DNA from: an uncultured Nitrososphaerota archaeon
Lineage (GTDB): Archaea; Thermoproteota; EX4484-205; JAAOZP01
Reading direction: 5' to 3'
Length of the DNA: 64,000 bases
Assembly: GCA_964416155.1 (NCBI GenBank)
Contig: CAYQCW010000007.1
Location: forward strand, 1-64,000
The translations under genes were made by a program, and so were the position numbers. How positions within the stretch are numbered: position 1 is the first letter of the stretch; each line of letters starts with the position of its first letter. Below the pieces are notes generated by a model. That model was not told the origin of the DNA and did not search any database. It worked only from the letters and a program-made list of their open reading frames with translations. Shown here in pieces: positions 49,212 to 59,577 of this stretch.

Positions 49212-49472
49212 ATGAGTAAGCTTCTCAGCCTTAAACCCTTGATTATCCTAATCCTGTTTAACTATGTCGTGATCATATTCGGCTCATACGTCTTTTACAC
49301 TATTCAAGTAAACATAGAGAGAACCCTGAGGCCTTTGCCAAGGCTGCTCGTAGGATTTGTTCAAGCAGCCGTCGGATTGCTACTAATATTGCTATGGATA
49401 TTCTTCTGGCTTAGCATGTACAAGCACCTGTTCATAAGAGAGATGCGTAAAGATACTGGGAAGCAGGCTTAA
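49212..49472 (+). CDS. Small two-TM membrane protein
   Basis: Two hydrophobic helices; operonic with the GT4 gene. Confidence 0.6.
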   Translation: MSKLLSLKPLIILILFNYVVIIFGSYVFYTIQVNIERTLRPLPRLLVGFVQAAVGLLLILLWIFFWLSMYKHLFIREMRKDTGKQA

Positions 49473-50516
49473 ACAGGTTTCAGAGATCGTTTCAGCGGGG
49501 TCCTCCATTTTTCTGAGCCTCCTTAAAGACGAAAGCCTTCCATGCTCCTCGAATTCCTGCGAAACAGTTTTCCTCAACCAGCTATGCAAATCTTTCTCCC
49601 CGGTTGATTTAGCCAGCAACCCTTTTTTCACGAGAAACTCTTCAACAATCGTGGAGGAGGGATAGATTGATATTGCTGGAACTCCCATGAGCACAGCTTC
49701 AGCGCTCATCGTTCCCCCCGCGCCGATAAAGCCCTTTGAATAGAACAGGATTGAACGAGTATCCTCACCATGTTCAAGTATGTGCACATTCTGTTTTTTA
49801 AAAAACCCTCTATATGTTTCCTCCTCATATCTGGGTACAATAACGATTTTCAACCCCGCTAGATGCTTATCTTTCCGGAAAACTTTTGAAACGGTTTCAA
49901 GCGTCAGCCGTCTCACGTTTAAATAGGACGCCCTGTACTCTTCAGGCCTGTATACAAGGTATTCTCCTTCAACCAAGCCGTATTTCCTGAGAACGTTTTT
50001 CGAAGGATTAAAGTCCCTCAGCCACGCGACAGGATCTAGTGATCCATAGGTAACTATGTCTCTTACACTTATGCCGTATTTCAGCCAGACTTTTTTCCCA
50101 ACAACCCTTGGGGTTAGAAGTCTACGGCTTAGCGGAACAGTCAGTCTTGCAACATGCGTTGAATGCGGGGAATCGTTTACAGAGACATGGGGAATACCCA
50201 GTCCAAACGCAACCCTAGCTGCCTCCGGTGAGCTGAAGCTTAAAACAAGGTCTGGAGCAGTCTTCCTCACGAATTTAAAAAGGCCAATCATCCTGTCGAG
50301 CGATGAGGCGAGCTTCCCGTAGAGGTCTCCGCCCCCATGCCTACCTATGACAACGGGTTTAATACGTGACAATTTGAAAATATTGGTTAACTCAACATAC
50401 TTGCGTGAAGTAATGAGCACTCTGCATCCTTTCTCCTCAAGTTTCTCCTTAACCTTGCCGAATAGAAGAGCCTGCTTAGGCGTGAGCACATCTATCATGA
50501 ACGTTTTCCCAGGCAA
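49392..50516 (-). CDS. DUF354 family (GT-B fold) protein
   Basis: IDVLTPKQALLF, SFSSPEAARVAFGLGIP, NDSPH, GAGGTMSAEA. Confidence 0.88.
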   Translation of the reverse strand: MPGKTFMIDVLTPKQALLFGKVKEKLEEKGCRVLITSRKYVELTNIFKLSRIKPVVIGRHGGGDLYGKLASSLDRMIGLFKFVRKTAPDLVLSFSSPEAARVAFGLGIPHVSVNDSPHSTHVARLTVPLSRRLLTPRVVGKKVWLKYGISVRDIVTYGSLDPVAWLRDFNPSKNVLRKYGLVEGEYLVYRPEEYRASYLNVRRLTLETVSKVFRKDKHLAGLKIVIVPRYEEETYRGFFKKQNVHILEHGEDTRSILFYSKGFIGAGGTMSAEAVLMGVPAISIYPSSTIVEEFLVKKGLLAKSTGEKDLHSWLRKTVSQEFEEHGRLSSLRRLRKMEDPAETISETCLSLLPSIFTHLSYEQVLVHAKPEEYP

Positions 50517-50608
50517 CTCCCAGGTTCAACACACCTGTGGCCAGCTATTAACTCTTTTAACCTTCCGGCTCAGTTAATCTTAAAAAACGCGTACGTTGAA
50601 CTATTCGG

Positions 50609-52024
50609 ATGAAGCCGTTCATAGTATCGCCTGAAGAAGCAGTTGAAAACCTGAGGAAAAGCAGGTATAGGGTTGGAGTATTCGGCTTTGGCCATGTGGG
50701 CTTGACCATCGGAGTCGGATGGGGATTAGCCGGAGCCGGGGTTATAGGGATGACACTCGACAAGCAGGCGATAAGGCTGGTTGAATCAGGCTTATCACCT
50801 TTCCCTGAAGAAGCCTACTTGTCTGAATACATAAAGAAGTTGAGAAACAGGGGGTTGCTGGAGGTTACGGACGATTACTCTTACGGAGCGCGTGAAACAG
50901 ACATAAAAATAATCGCGGTCCCAGTGTATCTTTCAAGCGACAAGAAGCCTGACTTAACTCCAATTATTAGGGTTACGGGGGAAATAGGTAGAAGCCTAGC
51001 CAAGGGTGATGTGGTTATCGTAGAGACGTCAATACCTCCGGGGACGACGCGTAACGTGGTTAAACCTATTCTGGAGAAGACCAGTGGTTTAAAAGCGGAT
51101 GAGGATTTCGCCCTAGCCTACAGCCCTGAAAGAATCTCTGCTGGAACAGTGTTAGCAGACTATTTGGAGAAGTATCCGAAGATAGTTGGCTGCGATTCGC
51201 CTAGAAGCCTGGATCTGGTTGCCAACCTGTATTCAGCAGTCGTTAAAAGAGGCGTGATCAAAATGTCTAGCACTGTTGCAGCCGAGACTGAGAAGTTGTT
51301 CGAGGGAGTATATCGCGATGTCAACATAGCGCTGGCCAACGAGCTCGCTCGCCTCTGCGAGAAGATAGGTGTGCAATACGATGAGGTAAGGGCAGCAGCC
51401 AACTCTCAGCCTTTCTCACACCTGCATACTCCGGGGATTGGCGTAGGAGGCGCCTGCATACCTGTATACCCTTATTTCATAATTGAGACAGGGCTTAAAC
51501 AAGGGTTGCAGCTTCAAATCACGCAGCTGGCGAGAAGCATTAATGAAACGGCAACGCAACTATTCATTGAAAAGATCGCCAGGGCAATCCGGTTTCTAAA
51601 CATGGATCCGTCTGAATGCAGCTTCGCGCTGCTCGGCTTATCTTTCAGGGGAGGCACATCAGACACTAGGCTTTCCCCAGCTCTGAGAATACTCGAGTTC
51701 ATTGAAAAAACCGGGGCAAGCTTCAGGGCCTGCGACCCGCTTGTCGAAAAAGTTGAAGGAAAGAGTGTTGAGATCCTCAGTGACTGGAGGCAGGCAGTGC
51801 AGGGGGCTAATGTAATAATAATAGCAAGCGACCATAAGGAGTTCTACCAGATAGAGATAGAGGAAGCATCCAGTTTAGCTGGCGGAGAAACTGCGATACT
51901 CGATGGAAAAAATGTCATCAGTAATCTAAACGGTAAACCCAAGCACCGTGTTCTTTACGTGGGAGTAGGAAGACCAGCGTTCCTAATAGAACCTGACGGT
52001 TTCAGAAAGCGTGCGGAAATATAG
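50609..52024 (+). CDS. Nucleotide-sugar (UDP-ManNAc/UDP-GlcNAc) dehydrogenase
   Basis: GFGHVG, ETSIPPGTT, YSPER, KLFEGVYRDVNIALANE, GVGGACIP. Confidence 0.92.
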   Translation: MKPFIVSPEEAVENLRKSRYRVGVFGFGHVGLTIGVGWGLAGAGVIGMTLDKQAIRLVESGLSPFPEEAYLSEYIKKLRNRGLLEVTDDYSYGARETDIKIIAVPVYLSSDKKPDLTPIIRVTGEIGRSLAKGDVVIVETSIPPGTTRNVVKPILEKTSGLKADEDFALAYSPERISAGTVLADYLEKYPKIVGCDSPRSLDLVANLYSAVVKRGVIKMSSTVAAETEKLFEGVYRDVNIALANELARLCEKIGVQYDEVRAAANSQPFSHLHTPGIGVGGACIPVYPYFIIETGLKQGLQLQITQLARSINETATQLFIEKIARAIRFLNMDPSECSFALLGLSFRGGTSDTRLSPALRILEFIEKTGASFRACDPLVEKVEGKSVEILSDWRQAVQGANVIIIASDHKEFYQIEIEEASSLAGGETAILDGKNVISNLNGKPKHRVLYVGVGRPAFLIEPDGFRKRAEI

Positions 52025-52439
52025 GGTTGAAAGAAGGCATATCCTAACGGTTGAGGAGTATTACTGGTTCCAGTTTCACTTTTAGCGTCAAGCAATCCTT
52101 AAGCGTATTCGGCTATGTGAAAGCCGTTATAATGTGCGTTATTAACTAGGATATAATGATATAATAAGCATGTTTAATGAGGGCGTTAGAAAATCCTCTA
52201 CCAATAGCCCTTATCTGGACGTTTAGTAGCAAAATTAGTTATTAATGAGCTATTAGCACGCTATCAAATATCTTATTGATCTGCTATATGGTGAATATTG
52301 ATGTAAGGCTGTCGTGCAAACCCTGATTTGGTTAGGAGGCTCGGTGAAAAACAGCCGGGCGCAATCTATGACGAGGCTAGGATTCCACGGGTTCTCTGCC
52401 AGACCCGCTTGTTTCCTCAGACGGGTTGAGGAAGATGAC

Positions 52440-52790
52440 GAGGTTGATGAGAAACGCGTTGTCATCGTTGGCCATTCGAGGCTTGGAAAGACAGCCCTGT
52501 GGAGGAGGAGAATTCGTGGAGAATTCTTGGCAACGAAGGCCGCGGACCCGGTTTACAGGCTGCTGGGTACGGATGGGCTGCCGGTGGAGGAGATGCCTCC
52601 TTTAAACCATCATGTAATGGGGACAATGGGTCATCATGTTCGCTCGGGTGGACACGCTTTAACCCTATACGATTGGGAGAGGTACATGGATTTCGCGGAT
52701 AAAGCGAAAAACGGAACCCCTTCCTGTTTACATCGCTAACACGAACGCGCTAACGCGTTATCCGTAGACATAGTCCAACAAGCTCTCGAG
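52440..52790 (+). pseudogene. Small Ras/Rab-like GTPase remnant
   Basis: KRVVIVGHSRLGKTALWRR..GEF (G1); LTLYDW (G3-like); frameshifted GTP-FLFTS (G5-like); G4 region missing. Confidence 0.4.
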
Positions 52791-52951
52791 ATGGGAAAAT
52801 GCAGGATAGTGGAAATGCCGGTCAAATTAGTTTCCATTACTACTAAAATTCTAGTCGTGAAAAACATACCTCTACGAATTACTTATCTTTTATTTAACCT
52901 AGTGCACGTAAACCGGAAACCCTGAGCCCTAGTCGGCAATTCCCTGCAAGT

Positions 52952-52965
52952 AAAAAGTTATTAAA
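52952..52965 (+). promoter_or_regulatory. BRE/TATA of tRNA-Gln, flanked by TCCCTGCAAG direct repeats (52941-52950, 52966-52975)
   Basis: AAAAAG-TTATTAAA about 33 nt before the mature 5' end. Confidence 0.65.
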
Positions 52966-52997
52966 TCCCTGCAAGCAGGTTTTCAACAAGCCCGGGA

Positions 52998-53128
52998 AGC
53001 CCGGTGGAGCCAACTAGGGTGCCGATTGTAATGGCAAAGCATCGCGCTAAGACATGGGGGGCTTTGGTGCAATTTCGCGCTTGCGGAGAAACCCCTTGAT
53101 GAGAGTTCGAATCTCTCCCGGGCTACCA
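52998..53128 (+). tRNA. tRNA-Gln(TTG) with three introns: 53008-53026 (10/11), 53038-53051 (21/22), 53068-53090 (37/38); CCA encoded
   Basis: Spliced: AGCCCGG TG GTGT AATGGCAA ACAT G GGGGG CTTTGGA CCCCT TGAT GAGAG TTCGAAT CTCTC CCGGGCT ACCA; each intron has a 4-bp helix with 3-nt bulges. Confidence 0.9.
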
Positions 53129-53302
53129 TTGTACCCTAGTCAGGTCTACGTTCAAACTCTCGGTTTCTCATGTTCATAATTGTATTACTTGGCGAACTCG
53201 CTGATAATTGACCATATCTGTGCACATAAGCAATTTGCTCTTTCGTACTCTCCGATAAGTTTTTAAGAGTGTCAGCCTCTGAATGCTTACATAGGAATCC
53301 GC

Positions 53303-53763
53303 ATGACTTTAAGCATGGGTTATCTCACTTCTAAGCAGAAGCTGATCTGGGATCTGAAACGTAAGGGTTTCTCTGAGGCAAGTATCGCCAGAAAGCTAGA
53401 TGTGGCACGTCAAACAATTCACAAAGCCGTAAGCGTTTGTAAATCTAAAGTCTACATAGCACTTAAAGAGGCGGCCAAGCTCAATAAAATCGATGTTGAG
53501 ACCATAGATCCGGCAAAGGGAATTTTGATAGTTACAGTCCAGAGTTCAAAACTAAGGCGCTTGTCACCTTTTCAGCCACCAATGGAATTCAGGTCTGGTA
53601 TAGGCATGAGGGAGATTGCAAAAATTGTGAACAGCTTCAAGTCTGCAGAGAAATGTTGCTGGTTGAGGCAAAAGACCGGAATATTCAACTTCCAGAAAAT
53701 GCAGATTCGATGTTGCCATCAAAACTGGCTAAAACTTTGTTCTCAAAGATCGTAGGTGAGTGA
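53303..53763 (+). pseudogene. HTH transcriptional regulator, frameshifted near 53530
   Basis: YLTSKQ..SEASIARKLDVARQTIHKA; second frame continues YSPEFKTKALVTFS..WYRHEGDCKNC..C to TGA 53763. Confidence 0.7.
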
Positions 53764-54374
53764 AAATGGGCATTCGCAAAAAATTGTTGGATTGGTGTCG
53801 AAAACCGAGAGAACGTGTTTCAGAATCAGCTATACCGCTGTTGTTACCTAACTTTGCTATGAGTTCTCGTTTCTTTTTGTATGTAGGATTTGGATTGATT
53901 TTTCTGGCGTTGGTTTATTTACCCGTTAAGGTGTGGATTATTGTTCAGCCTGAGACCCCCGAAGTGGAGTTATGGCACTTAGGTCCAATTTATGCACTAC
54001 TAGTGGGGGTTTGGAGCCTTCCCTGCTTGCTTTTAGGAATTATAGAATCTTCCATATCTAAGAAAGTTGCTTCGTTGCGTCTTGCTCCAATTCTATGTCT
54101 TGCCAATATCTTTTTGATATTGACAATAGTGAACCAGATCAGATTCTGGCGTGGCATGGAGCTTCAGATGCTGCTTAACTACAGTCCATTTCTTGCTCCG
54201 TGTGCAATCGTTAATATGATAGGGCTTCTCTATTTCGCAAATAGTGGAAAACTTGCAAAGGCTTTGAAAAATCCAATAATAAGAGTGCTTTTAATAATTA
54301 TGTTTGCGGCAATCCCCTTCAGCATTACATGGGAAATATTATATTCTTGGCATCGCTGGGGTTTTCCTCATTAG
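53760..54374 (+). CDS. Membrane protein
   Basis: About five hydrophobic helices; N-terminal LLDWC. Confidence 0.65.
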   Translation: MKMGIRKKLLDWCRKPRERVSESAIPLLLPNFAMSSRFFLYVGFGLIFLALVYLPVKVWIIVQPETPEVELWHLGPIYALLVGVWSLPCLLLGIIESSISKKVASLRLAPILCLANIFLILTIVNQIRFWRGMELQMLLNYSPFLAPCAIVNMIGLLYFANSGKLAKALKNPIIRVLLIIMFAAIPFSITWEILYSWHRWGFPH

Positions 54375-54788
54375 CGGACTTATACTGGCGCGTGGAGCGT
54401 TTTCGTCAGTTTTTCTAGGTTTGTAATTGACTCCAGAAATGATTTTGGACTGCAGCAGCATGCCACACATACCTACTAGCTTTGTGAGTTTCACAAGTCT
54501 GTGTTCTAGACCTTAAAATCTTCCTTTACGCTCATTCAGAGAGCATTTTCCAGAAAGGACATAGGATTGTGTCGTAACCCCGATAATTTAAACCGATACG
54601 TGAACCTATCCCGGGCTACTAGAATGGTTTAAAGCGTTATTTTCAATGCTGCTCATTGTTAAGCCATATACGTGTGTGTCTGAAGACTCGGTTAGTGGAA
54701 ACACGTGTTAAGAAACCCCGATAAACATTGAAAACGGGCAAATACTCCCCGCGTGTGCTAAATGCTCGATTAGAATTGTAATTAGCGT

Positions 54789-56537
54789 TTATGGAATTAA
54801 TTTTCCTAAAGCAGAGTGTACGTCGCCCGCAGCCGTTTCCCTTCTCTTCCTGTTCTCCTTCAAGTATTTTCCAGCAAGGTTTTCGAAAACGCTTCTCGTA
54901 ATACGTCCTCCTCTAAACCTTTCGATAGTGTTGTTAATCATGTTTTTAGAGTCGCCGTTTATTTCCTCGAAGACCCTGTAGCGTCTCTCAACCTCCTCGC
55001 CTACCCTGCTGTTTATTCGGGAGACCTCCTCGATTGTTTTCAAAATCTTCTTCTCAGCTTTCGATGTTCTCCGCTCGTATTCTCCAACCCTCTCCCTATA
55101 CTCTTTGGAAGAAATCCTTCCAACAGCGTTTTTAACCTTAACTTCCTCCAAGAGAGTTTCGCAATCAACTTTTTCCCGGAGAGCCTCAACCAAATCGTTC
55201 ACAAGCCTCTCAACCTCTTTCCCTCTCTTGGCTTCAACAGGCTTCGCCGCCTCCTCCCTGAAGATCTCAGCCACCATCAGTACGAGCAGCGTCAATAGGC
55301 CTAGGAGCATTGAGATGCTTTTACCAGCCTCTAGCTGTGCCGAGGAGAAACTTACTTGAAACTGCTGAGCCAGCATGTCCGGCATAGCGTTGCGCATCGT
55401 GAGAGAGAACACTCCACCGTTTTCAATGCGTGCAAGGGTTGATTCCGCCTCTATCTTCCAGCTTTTCGCACCCTCCACTTTCACGCTTAAAAAGTATGTT
55501 TCAACGATATCCGTATAGTTGGGCAAGCCTGTTAGTCGAATAGTGGTTAAACCCCCGCTCGAGCTCACAAGCATGTTTTTAACAGGAACGCTGTATTCAA
55601 CTATTGCTTCATACTCCTGGCCTGGTCTCAAGGAGTATCTCGAATAAACCGTTATAACACTCGTATTAGCCGCTGTCGATGCGCTAGTGGAGGTTTGAAG
55701 CGCCCCCAGCGCATCCTTCACCCTAACTGATCGATTAATATTGATAGGCACGTTTATCTTCAGTATTTCGCTCCTGTAGGAGATCCCCACGTATTTCAGC
55801 CTCAACACGTCTTTCACATTGACCTGGAGCTGCTCCGTCACAGTTATCTCCCTAGCTAGGCTTTTTATCACACACCTGTCGAACGGTTTAGAGAAAACTA
55901 CTCTACCAGTCACATTGCCCACAGTCTCCGTCCTGAAATACTGGTTCCATAATCCTATTACAGTGTCGTTCAGGAAAATAGGGTTAAAGTACTGCAGATA
56001 GTATCCTTTAATCGCGCCCGTGGTTAGGAAGGTGAAGTTAACGTATTCAGGCATTATGCTAAAGCCTGTTAAAACCGGTAGCTTAAACCCCACGTAGTCT
56101 TCAGCAATATCGCCGCGTTGAATCAAGCCGAACCTGACTGTAGCGTTCAGCCGTTCAACCTGAAAAGGAGGAAGCTCCGCAACCAAGTAATCATAATCCT
56201 CAGCCTCCTCGAGCCTCAGAGCTATTTTCTCCCCGTTCTCAAGGAATAGTTTAGGCATGTCTGTGGAGAAAACAAGGTTTGGAGCCGCCCATTTCGGAAG
56301 CTGTATCTTAAAAGTCCAGTTGGCCTCGCCTAATGCTCTCATCGTCTTCGGCCCCATCGTCAGGTTCACGTTGAAAACGGCAATCGCCTCCTCATTCATG
56401 TTAGCCTTCACATAAACATAGAGGTCTGACAGCTCGAAGAACTGGCCTGAAGTCTTTATGCTTAGGAGAAGGCTGGAAACCAGTATTAGAACCAGTATGG
56501 GGACGAGCTTACACCCGGTTTTTCTACGCGGCTGCAT
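54789..56537 (-). CDS. Ribophorin I (OST1)-like membrane glycoprotein
   Basis: Signal peptide; IKSLAREITV, VRVKDALGAL, SRYSLRPGQ...VEYSVP; single TM; C-terminal coiled-coil tail. Confidence 0.6.
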   Translation of the reverse strand: MQPRRKTGCKLVPILVLILVSSLLLSIKTSGQFFELSDLYVYVKANMNEEAIAVFNVNLTMGPKTMRALGEANWTFKIQLPKWAAPNLVFSTDMPKLFLENGEKIALRLEEAEDYDYLVAELPPFQVERLNATVRFGLIQRGDIAEDYVGFKLPVLTGFSIMPEYVNFTFLTTGAIKGYYLQYFNPIFLNDTVIGLWNQYFRTETVGNVTGRVVFSKPFDRCVIKSLAREITVTEQLQVNVKDVLRLKYVGISYRSEILKINVPININRSVRVKDALGALQTSTSASTAANTSVITVYSRYSLRPGQEYEAIVEYSVPVKNMLVSSSGGLTTIRLTGLPNYTDIVETYFLSVKVEGAKSWKIEAESTLARIENGGVFSLTMRNAMPDMLAQQFQVSFSSAQLEAGKSISMLLGLLTLLVLMVAEIFREEAAKPVEAKRGKEVERLVNDLVEALREKVDCETLLEEVKVKNAVGRISSKEYRERVGEYERRTSKAEKKILKTIEEVSRINSRVGEEVERRYRVFEEINGDSKNMINNTIERFRGGRITRSVFENLAGKYLKENRKRRETAAGDVHSALGKLIP

Positions 56538-56599
56538 CGCTAGCCGTATTTACACGCGGGTTAAAAATCTTTATTTTAAAGCCCAGCTGAGCTTAAACG

Positions 56600-57313
56600 A
56601 TGCTTCAAAACTACGTGTCGAAGAAGGCTATTATTCGCAAGACAGTCAGGTTTGAAGGGAACAATCTGGTTCTAGGTGGGAGCGAGATAGGGGAGGGAAC
56701 CTACATCGGGTTCAACACGATAATAGGGTATCCTTCTAAGAGGAGTTTTTCAAGCCTAAGAGCCATGCCGGAAGACCTCGACGTTCTCGACGAATTGTCA
56801 AGCGGCACGAAAATAGGCTCCACGTGCCTAATAAGGTCGGGAAGCGTGGTCTACGAGAATGTTGTCATTGACAGGAGCCTCGTAACCGGCCACAATATTC
56901 TGATCAGGGAGGGGAGCAGGATCGGGGAGAACTGTTTGATAGGCACAGGCTCCATGCTCGACGGAAGCGTTTCAATAGGCAACAACGTTAGAATACAGTC
57001 AGGCGTGTATCTTCCACACGGCACCGTTATTGGCGAAAACGTTTTCATAGGGCCCTACGCGTGCGTCACTAATGATCGCTACCCGGTTTCAGGCAGGCTG
57101 ACCCCTGTTGTGATAGGCAACGGCTGCGTGATAGGGGCTAACTCAACGCTCATATCCGGGGTACGCGTTGGTGATAATTCTGTGGTTGCAGCGGGCTCCG
57201 TAGTCACTAGGGATGTTCCTCCAAACACGGTTGTCCTAGGCGTACCGGCAAGAATATATATCACTAGGGAAGAATACGAGGCGAGGAGGAAGAAGCATGA
57301 GCAAGGAGTCTGA
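56600..57313 (+). CDS. Hexapeptide-repeat acyltransferase
   Basis: Left-handed beta-helix repeats; FIGP....TND.YP; VAAGSVVTRDVP. Confidence 0.9.
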   Translation: MLQNYVSKKAIIRKTVRFEGNNLVLGGSEIGEGTYIGFNTIIGYPSKRSFSSLRAMPEDLDVLDELSSGTKIGSTCLIRSGSVVYENVVIDRSLVTGHNILIREGSRIGENCLIGTGSMLDGSVSIGNNVRIQSGVYLPHGTVIGENVFIGPYACVTNDRYPVSGRLTPVVIGNGCVIGANSTLISGVRVGDNSVVAAGSVVTRDVPPNTVVLGVPARIYITREEYEARRKKHEQGV

Positions 57314-57590
57314 CGTGCTTTCAGAGGTTAAGAAGGCGGTTTCCAATGTTGTCGACCCCGAGATAGGGCTAACCCTTGGAGAACTAAACCTTATCAAAGA
57401 CGTTAGAAGGGAGGACGGCAACATAATCGTGGAATTCGTCGCAACAACACCCTTCTGCCCCTTGGCAGAGATCCTGGCCCTGATGGTTAAAGACGCAGCG
57501 AACACGGTGGTTAAAGACGAGAAGATCCTAGTTTACATTAGGAAACACGTTAACGAGGAAGGCATTAACGAGCGGATAAACAGGGATTAA
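57297..57590 (+). CDS. DUF59/MIP18 Fe-S assembly family protein
   Basis: VVDPEIG...ELNLI, TTPFCP. Confidence 0.88.
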   Translation: MSKESDVLSEVKKAVSNVVDPEIGLTLGELNLIKDVRREDGNIIVEFVATTPFCPLAEILALMVKDAANTVVKDEKILVYIRKHVNEEGINERINRD

Positions 57591-57645
57591 TCGGGTTTAA
57601 AAGATATCCCGCTGAACCCTTTCTGTTTCTATGTTTGAACAGATT

Positions 57646-58031
57646 CTAATGTTTACTATCCTTTCCGTACTTTTTAATCAGCCTGTAAACCGCTGCCGCG
57701 TAAAACGGCAGTGTCAGCATCGTTAAAACCATTGATTCAACCGCTTGGGAAAGCAACCCAAACCGAGTAGCCCTAGAATACACTGCGCTAAAAAATAGTG
57801 CAAACGATAATGAGAGTGTGAATAGAGCTAGGAACATTACGCTTCTCCTCTTCGCCTTGAACTGTTTAATAATTACTCCGATAAGATAATGGATTAGAAG
57901 AACAGCCAGCTGCCAGAAATATTACGCCGCTTTCATTAAGATTCCAGAGGCAGGACGGCAGATAGAACAAGGAAGAAAATATGAGCCACCCTATAAGCAA
58001 GGGTGACAGCTCCTGTGGTTCCTCAAGCATG
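57646..58031 (-). pseudogene. Small membrane protein, possibly frameshifted
   Basis: Hydrophobic segments continue upstream of the 63-aa ORF, with a frame break near 57910. Confidence 0.35.
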
Positions 58032-58221
58032 CTACTGGGCTTCCCCCTATACAGGTTCCTAGATCCTCTTATGATCCGTTTTTCAAACCCGGCGTAGCGA
58101 ACAGTAGAAACCTACTTCATCACCCATCCCCGCAAAGCCGAGTATGCTGATAAAAGCGCGCTGCACGACTTAACCTTTCCACTGTGTTTAACTAGTTAAA
58201 ACCACGAATATCATCGCTAAC

Positions 58222-59271
58222 TTAATAGAGCCTGTATCTTAAAATTCCCACTATGCCGCCGATCCTCCTAAGTTTCTCCGCCGACTCGTGTCTGCCGCTG
58301 ACTATTGTTACTTCACCACCATACTGTTCGACAAGTCTTATCATCTCCATCACTCTCTCCCTCAGGAAGCCCGACTGGGAGGCTAGCTTAACGTGTATTA
58401 TCAGCTGGCTTACCGCCCCTTTTTCAACAGCCTTCCATGTTTCCTCCAGACCGTAGACAGCCTTCTCCTCAACCAGGCTCTCAAAAAAGCTTTCTATAGC
58501 CTTTATCTCGTCGACAACCTTCAACTCCCTCGCCACAACCTTCATCTCATTGCTCCTCAGAAACTCGTTTACCGCCGATATTGTTCCCCCGGAAGAGTGG
58601 AAGCATCCAGCTACAGAGGCTTGAAGATCCCTATACTTGCTCTCCATGAGTTTCAAAAGGGCTTCGCGCGTGACGCTGGGGCCTACCAGAATTATCTTCG
58701 GCCCACCCTCCTTAATCCAGACGCCTCTAAGAGTCTTCAACACTTCCTGGAAAAATCTTACGGCCAAGGCCTCACGCTCCTCAGGAAAGTTTTTCCCAGG
58801 AATACTCTGCTCAACCTCGAGGCTTTCAACAATCCCGTAGTCCTTCACAACAGCCAGCGTAGCGGTTCCAAGCTCAACCGCCACGACAATATACTTCTTC
58901 GTGTTCACATCCCGGCTTAGAATCCTCCTGTGAACAGGAGAGAGCTCCTGCTTCTCAACCACAACTCTGTCCCCCACGCCTATAGTGAGAGTATGATAAT
59001 GGCCTAGAACACCCTCCATGTCATCCGGGCATTCTAAAACCCTGCCCCTGAGCTGAATGGTTTCCGACGAAACTTCGAACTCAATCTTCTCAACCATTAT
59101 TTTCAAAAGAGCCTTGCGCCTGCTCTTTTCGCCCTTATCAATCTTCAATATTCGCACGGTTTCCGCTGAAGCCAAGTCGCCCTCTTCAATAAGGTGATAC
59201 ACATTCCACAACTCCTCCCCGGAGAACGGCCTTATCTCTAAGATACCTTTATCATAATCCACTTTAATCAT
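58222..59271 (-). CDS. pelA: Pelota (mRNA surveillance, eRF1-like)
   Basis: LWNVYHLIEEGD, LGHYHTL, YGLEE..KA...GAV, IGGIVGILRY. Confidence 0.9.
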   Translation of the reverse strand: MIKVDYDKGILEIRPFSGEELWNVYHLIEEGDLASAETVRILKIDKGEKSRRKALLKIMVEKIEFEVSSETIQLRGRVLECPDDMEGVLGHYHTLTIGVGDRVVVEKQELSPVHRRILSRDVNTKKYIVVAVELGTATLAVVKDYGIVESLEVEQSIPGKNFPEEREALAVRFFQEVLKTLRGVWIKEGGPKIILVGPSVTREALLKLMESKYRDLQASVAGCFHSSGGTISAVNEFLRSNEMKVVARELKVVDEIKAIESFFESLVEEKAVYGLEETWKAVEKGAVSQLIIHVKLASQSGFLRERVMEMIRLVEQYGGEVTIVSGRHESAEKLRRIGGIVGILRYRLY

Positions 59272-59577
59272 CTAAAACCCTTCTCCCCCGTCTTAACAGT
59301 AAAGCCATCCGCCAATCCAGCTGCTAAGCATGAGGCGAAAATATAAGTATTATTAACAAAACGCATGATTGCTACCATAAGAATTATAACTCTTTGTGAA
59401 GATTACGGCTGTATAAACAGAATTTATTGTAACTGAATATCAGTCAGCCTTGTAACGAGAACGTTTATAATGCTCAATAGGAAGACTCTTTTTTAGAAAA
59501 TGTGTCGAAGGGGCTTATCAATGGTTTATTTATGCAAAAATAATGTTTTTATACTTTTAGACCATTTCAAATAAAGA

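Larger units (their letters stand above)
53109..54619 (+). mobile_element. Small tRNA-Gln-integrated island remnant bounded by a degenerate att-like repeat
   Basis: GAATCTCTCCCGGGCTAC (53109-53126) vs GAACCTATCCCGGGCTAC (54602-54619), 16/18; AT-rich cargo; no integrase. Confidence 0.5.
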
